A stretch of 64,000 nt of DNA, from positions 45,935 through 109,934 of the forward strand of contig JAJPKE010000005.1 of the NCBI GenBank assembly GCA_021323855.1. The letters run 5' to 3'. A model generated the notes under the pieces. That model was not told the DNA's origin, did no database searches, and saw only the letters and a program-made list of their open reading frames with translations. The position numbers and the translations under genes were made by a program. Source of the stretch: Chloroflexota bacterium (lineage in GTDB: Bacteria; Chloroflexota; Ktedonobacteria; Ktedonobacterales; JADMIN01). Position 1 is the stretch's first letter. Each line of letters begins with the position of its first letter. Of the stretch, positions 46,079 through 54,136 are shown in pieces.

Positions 46079-48205
46079 GTGCCGGGTTCATACGAATCAG
46101 ACGACTCATACTTTAGAGGCGATAGAGGCGATCCACGCGGACCGGACGCCGATGATGGGCGATGGTCGCAGGGTTCTTCGCGGCGCTCACCCGGACATAT
46201 ATCCTCCTCTTCCTCATCGCGCTCCGGTCGCAGAAATGAGCGCGATGATAACGCTGATCGCTACGAGAGCGGTAGCGGCGACTATGACGACCGCTACGAT
46301 GACGGCTCATATGATGCTCGTGGCGAGCGTGATCGCCACCGCTCGCATCGCTCATCCGACCGTTCCAGCCGCGACGGCGGCAGAGGCGCACATCGTTCCA
46401 GCCATTCCGGTCGTTCCAGTCGTTCACACGCGGATGACGGCTATGCGAGCGATGATGGTTACGGCAGGCAAGATCGCGACGATGATGGCGCTGATAGCAG
46501 TGACCGCTATGATGGGTACGGCGCGCGGGGCAGTCGCAGCCGAGGCGGCCAATCCAGCGCAGGCGGCAGGTCCGGCGATTTGAGCCAGGGAGGTGGACGC
46601 GGCGGCTACGACCGGCAGAGTGGCTATGGCAACTATGACCGCCCTGGCGACCGCTCCTGGGACCGCCCCGGCACGATTCGCCGCGCCAACTATGGCGGTG
46701 GCAACGGAAGTAGCGGCGGCGGGTATAGCGGGAATAGTGGTAGCAGGAGCAATGGCGGTCCTGCTGGCTATGGTGGCTATGCGCCGCCGTCGCAGAGCCG
46801 CCGTCCCGCTGGCCGCAATGGCTCCGGTAACAGTGGCGGCTACGGCGATGGCTTCGGCGTCGCTGGCCCACCCTCGCGCTCTGCCTATGGTCAATATGGA
46901 CCAGCCGGGCAACGCGCGCCGGCCTCGCAGAACCGGCAGATGATGGGTGGTATGGGCAACATACCAGGTATGCCAGGCATGGTGGGTCAGCCGGGACCGT
47001 GGGCGCCAGCGCCGCAGATGCGCGGCGGCATGCCAGGAGCGGCAGGCGCAGGACGCGGCGTGCCGCAGTCCGCTCCACAGCGCAAATCGCGCCGCAAGCT
47101 GTGGATTGCGCTGGGCATTGTCGCCGTGCTGGTGCTGCTGGCCGCCGGTGGTGGCGGCTATTACATCTACCAGATGGCAGCTCCTGCCACCGCTGCCGCT
47201 ACTTTCTGCGCCGACCTGAAGGCCGATAGCTACAGTTCGGCCTATGGCTTCTTCGACACGAAGATGCAGCAGCAGGTGACCAGCAACCAGTTTAGCCAGC
47301 TCGCGGCGACGCTGAACACCGCCGAGGGCGCAATCCAGTCGTGCGCGGCGGCAACCACGCCCAACAGCTACAGCTACCATTTCAGGAGCAGCGTCGCCAC
47401 GGCGGTGATGGTGATTACACGCGCCAATTCCGGCTCGACACAGAGCTTCCAGGGCGCGATTCACCTGGCAAAAGTGAGCGGGAGTTGGGAGATAGACGCG
47501 CTCGATACTGGACTCTTCGGCGTCAACCTCGCCGCGCTCACAGTGGTAAACGCCTACTGCTCCGCGCTGCAAAGCCAGAATTACCAGGCGGCCTATGCGA
47601 CGCTGGGCAGCGCCTTCACCAAGACGAAAGAGTCTGACTACGCACAGACGGCGCAGTTACAGGACCAGGTGGACGGCAAAGTCAACTTCTGCCAAGTCTC
47701 CGCCGTGCCAGCAGGCAATAGTGACAGCGCGACCAACCTCACGCTGACCATCAAGCGCGACACGCTGGGCCAGAAGCAGGACACGCTGAGCCTGGACGTG
47801 GAGAGCAACGCCTGGAAGATCAGCGCCATCGGCCCGCAACTGCAAGGCACCGATCTTGGCGCATACCGTGTTGTGTTGCGCTTCTGTAGCGACCTGAGCA
47901 GCAAAAACTATAAAGACCTGTATAACCACTTATCCAACCGCTTGAAGGGAGTTGCGCCGGAAGCATCGTATGCAGAGCTTTTCTCTGGTCAGATACTAGA
48001 TCAGGGCTATTACATTCGCTTCAATGGGTGTACTCCTACACCGTCAACCTATAAAGTGACTGGGTCTACAGCCAGCCTGTCGGTTGGTATGAATCTCACA
48101 GATCTGGGAACAAACACCACAAAAACCCTGCCAGCTACGTTGAGGATAGTGCAGGACGGAACAACCTGGGGGATAGACTTTATAAACTTCACCAATGGAG
48201 GATAA
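46079..48205 (+). CDS. Single-pass membrane protein: R/S/D/G/Y-rich disordered N-terminus of about 340 aa, one TM, and three tandem two-Cys extracytoplasmic domains
   Basis: Start set at GTG 46079 (GGAGGGA upstream). TM LWIALGIVAVLVLLAAGGGGYYIY. Three repeats of about 110 aa start FCADL..Y..AY, YCSAL..Y..AY and FCSDL..Y..LY. Confidence 0.6.
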   Translation: MPGSYESDDSYFRGDRGDPRGPDADDGRWSQGSSRRSPGHISSSSSSRSGRRNERDDNADRYESGSGDYDDRYDDGSYDARGERDRHRSHRSSDRSSRDGGRGAHRSSHSGRSSRSHADDGYASDDGYGRQDRDDDGADSSDRYDGYGARGSRSRGGQSSAGGRSGDLSQGGGRGGYDRQSGYGNYDRPGDRSWDRPGTIRRANYGGGNGSSGGGYSGNSGSRSNGGPAGYGGYAPPSQSRRPAGRNGSGNSGGYGDGFGVAGPPSRSAYGQYGPAGQRAPASQNRQMMGGMGNIPGMPGMVGQPGPWAPAPQMRGGMPGAAGAGRGVPQSAPQRKSRRKLWIALGIVAVLVLLAAGGGGYYIYQMAAPATAAATFCADLKADSYSSAYGFFDTKMQQQVTSNQFSQLAATLNTAEGAIQSCAAATTPNSYSYHFRSSVATAVMVITRANSGSTQSFQGAIHLAKVSGSWEIDALDTGLFGVNLAALTVVNAYCSALQSQNYQAAYATLGSAFTKTKESDYAQTAQLQDQVDGKVNFCQVSAVPAGNSDSATNLTLTIKRDTLGQKQDTLSLDVESNAWKISAIGPQLQGTDLGAYRVVLRFCSDLSSKNYKDLYNHLSNRLKGVAPEASYAELFSGQILDQGYYIRFNGCTPTPSTYKVTGSTASLSVGMNLTDLGTNTTKTLPATLRIVQDGTTWGIDFINFTNGG

Positions 48206-48421
48206 ACTAGCCGCAGTTTATCGGTTCCATGTTCATGATTCTATCCCGCAATGCCAATAAAGGCGTCTTGCCGGATAGAGCTTACAATCATGGTGCAATC
48301 AAGTATAAGCGCAATGCGGCTACAATAGAGTGTGGGCGGCGCCTTGGGATACGTTTGGATATCAGTCGCGCTGCTTTCATTGACTGCTTTCAACTACACA
48401 GCCCCATCAGGAGACATCATC

Positions 48422-49042
48422 ATGGCACAGGTACGTATCGCAGTGTTGGGCGCAGGGAATATCGGCGGCACGCTTGGCCGCAAGTGGATAGACGCCGGGC
48501 ATCAGGTAGTCTTTGGCGTGAGCGACCCCAACGGCGCGAAAGCGCAGGCGCTCAAGGCTGATCTTGGCGAGAAGGCAGATATTCGAGACGCAGCGACGGC
48601 CATCCAGGGAGCCGAGGTTGTCGTCTTCGCCATTCCGGGAACCGCCATCGAGGCGACGGTCAGCGCCAATGCCGCCGCGCTCGACGGCAAGCTGGTGATA
48701 GACGCGGCAAACAAGATGGGCAGCGGTGGCCCAGCCGATAGTTACGCCGTCTTCCAGCAGCACACGCCCAACGCCCGCTATGTGCGTGCCTTCAACGCGC
48801 TCGGCTGGGAGAACTTTGCCGACCCACAGTTTGGCGACATCCAGGCGGATCTCTTCTACGCCGGACCAGAGGCCGACCGCGCAACGACCGATGAACTCAT
48901 CGCCAACATTGGCCTGCGTCCGGTCTGGCTGGGTGGCAGCGATCAGGTGGGCCTGGTGGATTCGCTGCTCAGCCTCTGGTTCGCGCTGGCCGTCGGGCAG
49001 CACAAAGGCCGTCATCTCGCCTTCAAGATGCTGACGCGGTAG
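48422..49042 (+). CDS. NADP-dependent oxidoreductase (F420-oxidoreductase/NpdG-like Rossmann protein)
   Basis: Start moved to ATG 48422 (AGGAGA upstream). IAVLGAGNIGGTLGRKW dinucleotide motif. Confidence 0.7.
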   Translation: MAQVRIAVLGAGNIGGTLGRKWIDAGHQVVFGVSDPNGAKAQALKADLGEKADIRDAATAIQGAEVVVFAIPGTAIEATVSANAAALDGKLVIDAANKMGSGGPADSYAVFQQHTPNARYVRAFNALGWENFADPQFGDIQADLFYAGPEADRATTDELIANIGLRPVWLGGSDQVGLVDSLLSLWFALAVGQHKGRHLAFKMLTR

Positions 49043-49089
49043 ACCTCACCCCCCGCCCCTCTCCCGCGAGGAGAGGGGAGCGCAGGCGC
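49043..49089 (-). repeat. GC-rich hairpin repeat, family A (C-rich tail first)
   Basis: acctcaccccccgCCCCTCTCCcgcgagGAGAGGGGagcgcaggcg. Begins directly after the TAG stop at 49040-49042. Confidence 0.85.
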
Positions 49090-49218
49090 TGGTGTGCAAG
49101 TGGGTGCAAGGCGAGGAGCGCGGGCAAGGGGATGCAGGCGAGATGAGCGGTGAGAGCTAGCGGTTAGAAGCACCAAATAACGAAAAATATCACCCCTGGC
49201 AATAACCGTAGCCATACG

Positions 49219-49256
49219 GCCCCTCTCCTCGCGGGAGAGGGGGTAGGGGGTGAGGT
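49219..49256 (+). repeat. GC-rich hairpin repeat, family A (G-rich tail last)
   Basis: gcCCCTCTCCtcgcgGGAGAGGGggtagggggtgaggt. Lies 30 nt upstream of pepA. Confidence 0.85.
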
Positions 49257-49285
49257 CTCTCTTTAACTTGTGAAAGCAGGGAACA

Positions 49286-50839
49286 ATGGACGTTCGAGTC
49301 AGCACGCGCGATGTGCAGCAGTTCGATGGCGATGCGGTCGCCGTAGGCGTCTTCTCGGATGATACCGAGCTACAGGGTCCGGCGGCGGCGCTGGATGAGG
49401 CGATGGCCGGCGTGCTGACACGGCTGCGCGCGAGCGGCGAAATCACCGGCGCGGCCAGCGAAGTGACGCTGCTGCATACGCTGGGCAAGATCGAGCCGGA
49501 GCGCGTCGCCGTCATCGGCCTGGGGCGGCGCGACCGCTTCACGGCGGAGGTCGTGCGCCGCGCCGCCGCGATTGCCTGCCGCGCGCTGCGCAAGGCTGGC
49601 GCGAAGCGCGTGGGGCTGGCGCTGGCCTGGGCAGAATCCGGCGTGAATCTCGCGCAGGCGGCGCGCGCCGCCACCGAAGGCGCGTTGCTCGGCCTCTATA
49701 GCTTCTCGCGCTATAAGTCGGCAAAGACCGGCGACAACACTGCTAGCAGTGCTAGCGGTGCTAGCGGTGCTAACGGCAAGACCAAAGAAATCGAGTCCAT
49801 CACCATTCTTGGGCGCGGACGCGAGCCGGTGCTGCGCAGCGCCGTCGAGCGCGGGCTGATTCTCGCGGAATCCACCAATTTTGCGCGCGACCTGGGCAAT
49901 GAGCCGCCCAACGTCCTCACGCCCACTGAACTGGCCGAACGCGCCCGCCGCATGGCCGCCGAGGTTGGCCTGAACTGTGAGGTCTATGGACCCGATTGGA
50001 TGCGCGAGCAAGGCATGGGCGCGCTCCTGGGGGTAGCGCAGGGCAGCGCCGAGGAGCCACGCTTCATCGTGCTCGAATATCGTGGCGGCCACGCCGAGGA
50101 GCCAGGACCGGCCTTCGTCGGCAAGGGCATTACCTTCGATAGCGGCGGCATCTCCATCAAGCCAGCGGAGGGGATGCAGGCGATGAAGATGGATATGTGC
50201 GGCGCGGCGGCGGTGATCGGCGCGATGCGCGCGATTGCGCTGCTCAAGCCCGCTATCAATGTCACCGGCATCGTGCCTACCACTGAGAATATGGTCGGCG
50301 GCAAAGCCTATCGCCCCGGCGACATCCTGCGCGCCTCCAACGGCAAGACCATCGAGATCGTCAACACCGATGCGGAGGGACGGCTGATCCTGGCGGATGC
50401 GCTCAGCTACGCCGTCAAGCAGCACTATGCGCCGCTGGTGGACGCGGCAACGCTGACCGGCGCAATGGTGGTGGCGCTTGGCCATGTGCGCGCGGGCATC
50501 TTCAGCAACGATGAGACAGTGCAGCGCGCGGTCATCTCCGCCTCGGAGATTGCCGGTGAGCGACTCTGGCCGATGCCGATGGACCCCGAATATGAGGAGC
50601 AGATTCAGAGTGAAGTTGCCGATGTCCGGCAGACTGGCGGGCGTCCGGCTGGCTCCATTACCGCCGCGAAGATCATCAGCCGCTTTGTGGACGACCAGCC
50701 CTGGGCGCACCTCGATATCGCTGGCGTCAACGACCGCAGCAGCAAAAATGCGGAGAGCGATGCTGGGGCGACGGGCTTCGGCGTGCGCACCTTTGTCGAG
50801 CTGGCAACGTTGCTGGCCGAACGCAACGGCGGGAAGTAG
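49286..50839 (+). CDS. pepA: Leucyl aminopeptidase (M17)
   Basis: 517 aa. VGKGITFDSGG and NTDAEGRLILADAL M17 signatures. Confidence 0.9.
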   Translation: MDVRVSTRDVQQFDGDAVAVGVFSDDTELQGPAAALDEAMAGVLTRLRASGEITGAASEVTLLHTLGKIEPERVAVIGLGRRDRFTAEVVRRAAAIACRALRKAGAKRVGLALAWAESGVNLAQAARAATEGALLGLYSFSRYKSAKTGDNTASSASGASGANGKTKEIESITILGRGREPVLRSAVERGLILAESTNFARDLGNEPPNVLTPTELAERARRMAAEVGLNCEVYGPDWMREQGMGALLGVAQGSAEEPRFIVLEYRGGHAEEPGPAFVGKGITFDSGGISIKPAEGMQAMKMDMCGAAAVIGAMRAIALLKPAINVTGIVPTTENMVGGKAYRPGDILRASNGKTIEIVNTDAEGRLILADALSYAVKQHYAPLVDAATLTGAMVVALGHVRAGIFSNDETVQRAVISASEIAGERLWPMPMDPEYEEQIQSEVADVRQTGGRPAGSITAAKIISRFVDDQPWAHLDIAGVNDRSSKNAESDAGATGFGVRTFVELATLLAERNGGK

Positions 50840-50842
50840 GCG

Positions 50843-50874
50843 CGTATTCGCGGCAGTGAACTGCCGCGAATACG
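50843..50874 (+). terminator. Perfect hairpin directly after pepA
   Basis: CGTATTCGCGGCAG-tgaa-CTGCCGCGAATACG: 14-bp stem, no clear T-run. Confidence 0.5.
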
Positions 50875-50912
50875 AGAACGTTGGACTGAAGTCCGATCCA
50901 CCGCCGATCTGG

Positions 50913-50953
50913 TTCCCCTCTCCCGCGCACGGGGGAGGGGTTAGGGGTGGGGG
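50913..50953 (+). repeat. GC-rich hairpin repeat, family A (G-rich tail last)
   Basis: gttCCCCTCTCCcgcgcacgGGGGAGGGGttaggggtggggg. Confidence 0.85.
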
Positions 50954-51120
50954 CATCCCGAACAGTGAAAAAGACCATAGACGAGCGGCGCGGAAAAGAG
51001 TAGTATGTGCGGCGGGTTCCTGTTTTCGGGAAGCCGCCGTTTTTCGTTTTCATCTGGGTCGTTGTGTCATTCATTCGTTGAGCCGTGTAATCCACGGCAT
51101 TGTGGACTGGGGAGGGCAGC

Positions 51121-51810
51121 ATGCGCCGCAACACTTATCCCGCCGATCCGCGCCGCGAAGTCACCAAACGGGCAATGTTGAGTATCGTCTGGGGCATCAT
51201 CGCTGGTGTCGCGTATTTCGGTCTCATTGGCCGAGGCGTCACCTATATTACTACCCTGACGCACGCCAGCGAGACGATAGATTCCGGCCTTATCACGCTG
51301 ACGAATACCAAAAGTGGCGGCGTGACGGTTCCCACTGCGCTTCAGCCATTTCTCGTGCCTGCGGTGGCGGCGCTGCCTATCGCCATCATCGCCATTATCG
51401 TACTTGGCATCCTTTTGCGCGCTCGCCCCCGGCAGCGCGCCTTCGCTGGCCTGCTGATCGTCGCTTCTATCCTGGGTCTGCTCGGCGCGCTGGTGTTCTT
51501 CCTGCGCGTTGTCGCCACCCCCGGCAACGGGCGGGCGGCCATCGTCGCGCTAATAACCGGCGTGGTCGTCTCGATTCTGCTGCGGCTGCAACGCTCGATT
51601 CGCCAGTCGTATCAGAAGAATCCGGCGCTGGTGACACTGTTAGTTGCGCTGCTGACGGTGATCTATCTGGTGCTGGCGAACGGCACGAGCATCACCGCTA
51701 TCTTTCTCTCCGATATTGATGTATGGCTGGCGCTGGTGGCCTTCGCCATCGTCCTCTACGCTGGCATCCGCGTGCTGCGCTTCCAGCGAGTAATTCCGCG
51801 CGGCAAGTAA
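51121..51810 (+). CDS. Integral membrane protein of unknown function
   Basis: Start moved to ATG 51121 (GGGGAGGG upstream). 229 aa with about 6 TM segments. Confidence 0.5.
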   Translation: MRRNTYPADPRREVTKRAMLSIVWGIIAGVAYFGLIGRGVTYITTLTHASETIDSGLITLTNTKSGGVTVPTALQPFLVPAVAALPIAIIAIIVLGILLRARPRQRAFAGLLIVASILGLLGALVFFLRVVATPGNGRAAIVALITGVVVSILLRLQRSIRQSYQKNPALVTLLVALLTVIYLVLANGTSITAIFLSDIDVWLALVAFAIVLYAGIRVLRFQRVIPRGK

Positions 51811-51908
51811 CCCCTGTAGCGGCCAAACTCTGCTCTAGTTGACAGACACCTAGCATAAATATTGCTATGTGGAAGGGCGGTGGAGAGCGAGCGGCTGGGG
51901 GTAGACAT

Positions 51909-53681
51909 ATGACAGATACAGCGCAGGAAACAGCAAAGCGCCAGCGTAATGGGCAGCAAGTGGCGCGGTCAGCCGCCACGTTCTCGCGGCGTCGCCTGCT
52001 GATCGTGGCGGCAGGAGCAACGCTGGCCGGCTGCGCGCCATTCGTGCAGCAACGCCCACAATTGGCGGCAACGCCGTTTGCGCTACGCCGCCCCGCTACA
52101 TTCTTTGCCGATGCCACCGTGCCCCGGGCGCTTGCCCAAGATGCCATGCGTCTGCTGGCAGGGCAGGCGGGTATTGCCACGCTGACCCCTGCCACTTCGC
52201 TCACCGCCCAGCCAGACCTCGTGCTGACCTTTGGTGCGCCGCCGCCACACTATAGCGGCGCGGTCGCCAGCGCCAGCCCGCTGACGGCCATCAGCGATCT
52301 GCGCACGCCAGTAGACAACATCTCCGCCGGTCAGCTCGCATCAATCCTCAGCGGAACCATCAGCGATTGGAAGGTGGTTGGGGCGCCTGTATCGCTGTCC
52401 ATCGCGCTGCATATGCTGGCGAATTTGCCATATCCCAATCCCAAAGGCGTCCAGAGCAGCGTTGCGGCACAGTCGCATACCACGTTCGACTCGCTGATAC
52501 GTGCAGTCAGCGCGACGCCCGGAACGCTGGCGCTGGTGCCGGTGGAGGCGGCGAACTGGACCGTCAAGAATATCGGTATAGACGGCCTCTATCCGGCGCA
52601 GGAGCGCGGCAATCCGGCGCAGGCGACCGTTGCGCCGTTCACACTGACGCTCTCTGCCTCGCAAACACTGATCCGGCAAGGGCTGGATGTGCGCAAGCTG
52701 GCGGCGGCGCTGGCGAAGGGCTTGACGGCCACCACACCACAGACGCTCGATATGATCGTCGTCGGCGACATCATGCTGGGGCGCGGCGTCAATGACCAGA
52801 TGGTGAGCCACAACGATTATCTCTATCCCTACCGGCAGATACGCGCCGAACTACAAACCGCCGATCTGCGCGTCGCCAACCTCGAATGTACCCTGACCGA
52901 TCTCGTGCCGCCGCCGACCGACCCCTCGACCTTCACCTTCGTCAGTTCCAAGCGCGCGGTAGATGGCCTCGTCTACGCCGGATTCAACGCTGTCACCGTT
53001 GCCAACAACCACTCAAATGGGTCTGGTGAGCCAGCTTTTCTCGATATGGTGCATACGCTGACCTCGCATCAAATTGCGGTCTGTGGCGGCGGTCATACAC
53101 TGGCGGAGGCGCGCAAGCCGGCCATCCTGACGGCCAAAGGGCTGCGAGTGGCACTGCTGGGCTACGATATGATTACGCCGCAGGGTCCATTCGCCACGGC
53201 GACGAGCAGCGGGCTGGCGCCGGTGGACCTGGAGACGCTGCCGGCGGATATCGCGGCGGCGCGACAACAGGCAGATCTGGTGATGCCATATTTTCATTGG
53301 GGCATCGAATACACGAAAGACCCGACAAAGGTGCAGCAGCAGGTGGCCCATGCGGCGATTGACGCAGGCGCGGATATCGTGCTGGGCAACCATCCCCACT
53401 GGACGCAGGCCATCGAGGAGTATCGCGGCAAGCTCATCATCTACTCGTTCGGCAACTTCATCTTCGATCAGGATTGGTCGCGCCCGACGATGGAAAGCAT
53501 GTTGATTCACTTCTACTGGCGCGGGACTACGCTCACGAGCCTGCGCTTCGTGCCAACGCTCGACGAAAACATCTGCCAGCCGCGCATCGAGACACCTGCC
53601 GAGGCGGTCGGCGTCTTCGAGCGCATGTGGAGCGGCACCGATATGCTGGCGCACGGCGAATACGGGCCGGAACCGGAGTAG
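51909..53681 (+). CDS. CapA-family metallophosphatase (poly-gamma-glutamate synthesis-type) fused to an N-terminal PstS/PBP-like domain; Tat/lipoprotein-like signal
   Basis: Start moved to ATG 51909. SRRRLLIVAAGATLAGC signal. ISAGQLASILSGTISDWKVVG is PBP-like. CapA motifs VVGDIMLGRG, VANNHS, GNHPHW. Confidence 0.7.
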   Translation: MTDTAQETAKRQRNGQQVARSAATFSRRRLLIVAAGATLAGCAPFVQQRPQLAATPFALRRPATFFADATVPRALAQDAMRLLAGQAGIATLTPATSLTAQPDLVLTFGAPPPHYSGAVASASPLTAISDLRTPVDNISAGQLASILSGTISDWKVVGAPVSLSIALHMLANLPYPNPKGVQSSVAAQSHTTFDSLIRAVSATPGTLALVPVEAANWTVKNIGIDGLYPAQERGNPAQATVAPFTLTLSASQTLIRQGLDVRKLAAALAKGLTATTPQTLDMIVVGDIMLGRGVNDQMVSHNDYLYPYRQIRAELQTADLRVANLECTLTDLVPPPTDPSTFTFVSSKRAVDGLVYAGFNAVTVANNHSNGSGEPAFLDMVHTLTSHQIAVCGGGHTLAEARKPAILTAKGLRVALLGYDMITPQGPFATATSSGLAPVDLETLPADIAAARQQADLVMPYFHWGIEYTKDPTKVQQQVAHAAIDAGADIVLGNHPHWTQAIEEYRGKLIIYSFGNFIFDQDWSRPTMESMLIHFYWRGTTLTSLRFVPTLDENICQPRIETPAEAVGVFERMWSGTDMLAHGEYGPEPE

Positions 53682-54136
53682 TTGACGGCGAAATGTTTCC
53701 TGTGATAGCATCTCATAGGTATAAATAAATGTCTTTGGCGCGTCCCTCTGCGCCGCTAGTGAGAAAGGAGGCCGCTGGATGAGAAACGGCACATATCGCG
53801 CAGCATCGAGAACCAGCGCGAGGGTTTGGGGATGGAGCGAGCATACGCCGGGAACGCAGGCTTTGTGATTTTGTCAGCCTGATTTCGCGTTCTCCCGTTC
53901 GCAATTGTTAGCAGCGTATCCTCTCTTTCAACCCCTCAACGGTTCGCTTCTTTACCAGAAGTGTCTGACTATCCCTCCTGAGTTTCCTCTCGAATTGTTC
54001 TCCCTGTCTTGCGCATTCGACCCATCTCTCCCCTCATTGCCTCGATGGGAGCCGAGTTTCTTTGTGTCGTTTGCGTACTCAACATGCGCTCCATGTGTTC
54101 GCACCTGCTTGAGTACTCCGTGAGGAGCATCACGTT

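Noticed and set aside
45951-46583. Alternative-frame ORF (MMRWRSAACPL...TMTTATMTAHMM...) overlapping the start of the low-complexity membrane protein.
   Set aside because: It is a frame-shifted reading of the same repetitive DNA. Only the 46079 frame continues into the TM helix and folded domains.
9290-50953. Whether the repeated hairpins form a CRISPR array.
   Set aside because: The copies are dispersed kilobases apart in separate intergenic regions, in both orientations. They have no regular spacers and no cas genes nearby.
49370-50956. 528-aa minus-strand ORF antisense to pepA. Similar long antisense or overlapping ORFs include 46424..47572, 46113..47078, 11940..12986, 40602..41504, 54365..55411, 14527..15465, 53013..53792 and 30516..31367.
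   Set aside because: These are typical high-GC shadow ORFs. They are Arg/Ala/Pro/Gly-rich, have no recognisable motifs and fully overlap genes with clear domain signatures on the other strand.
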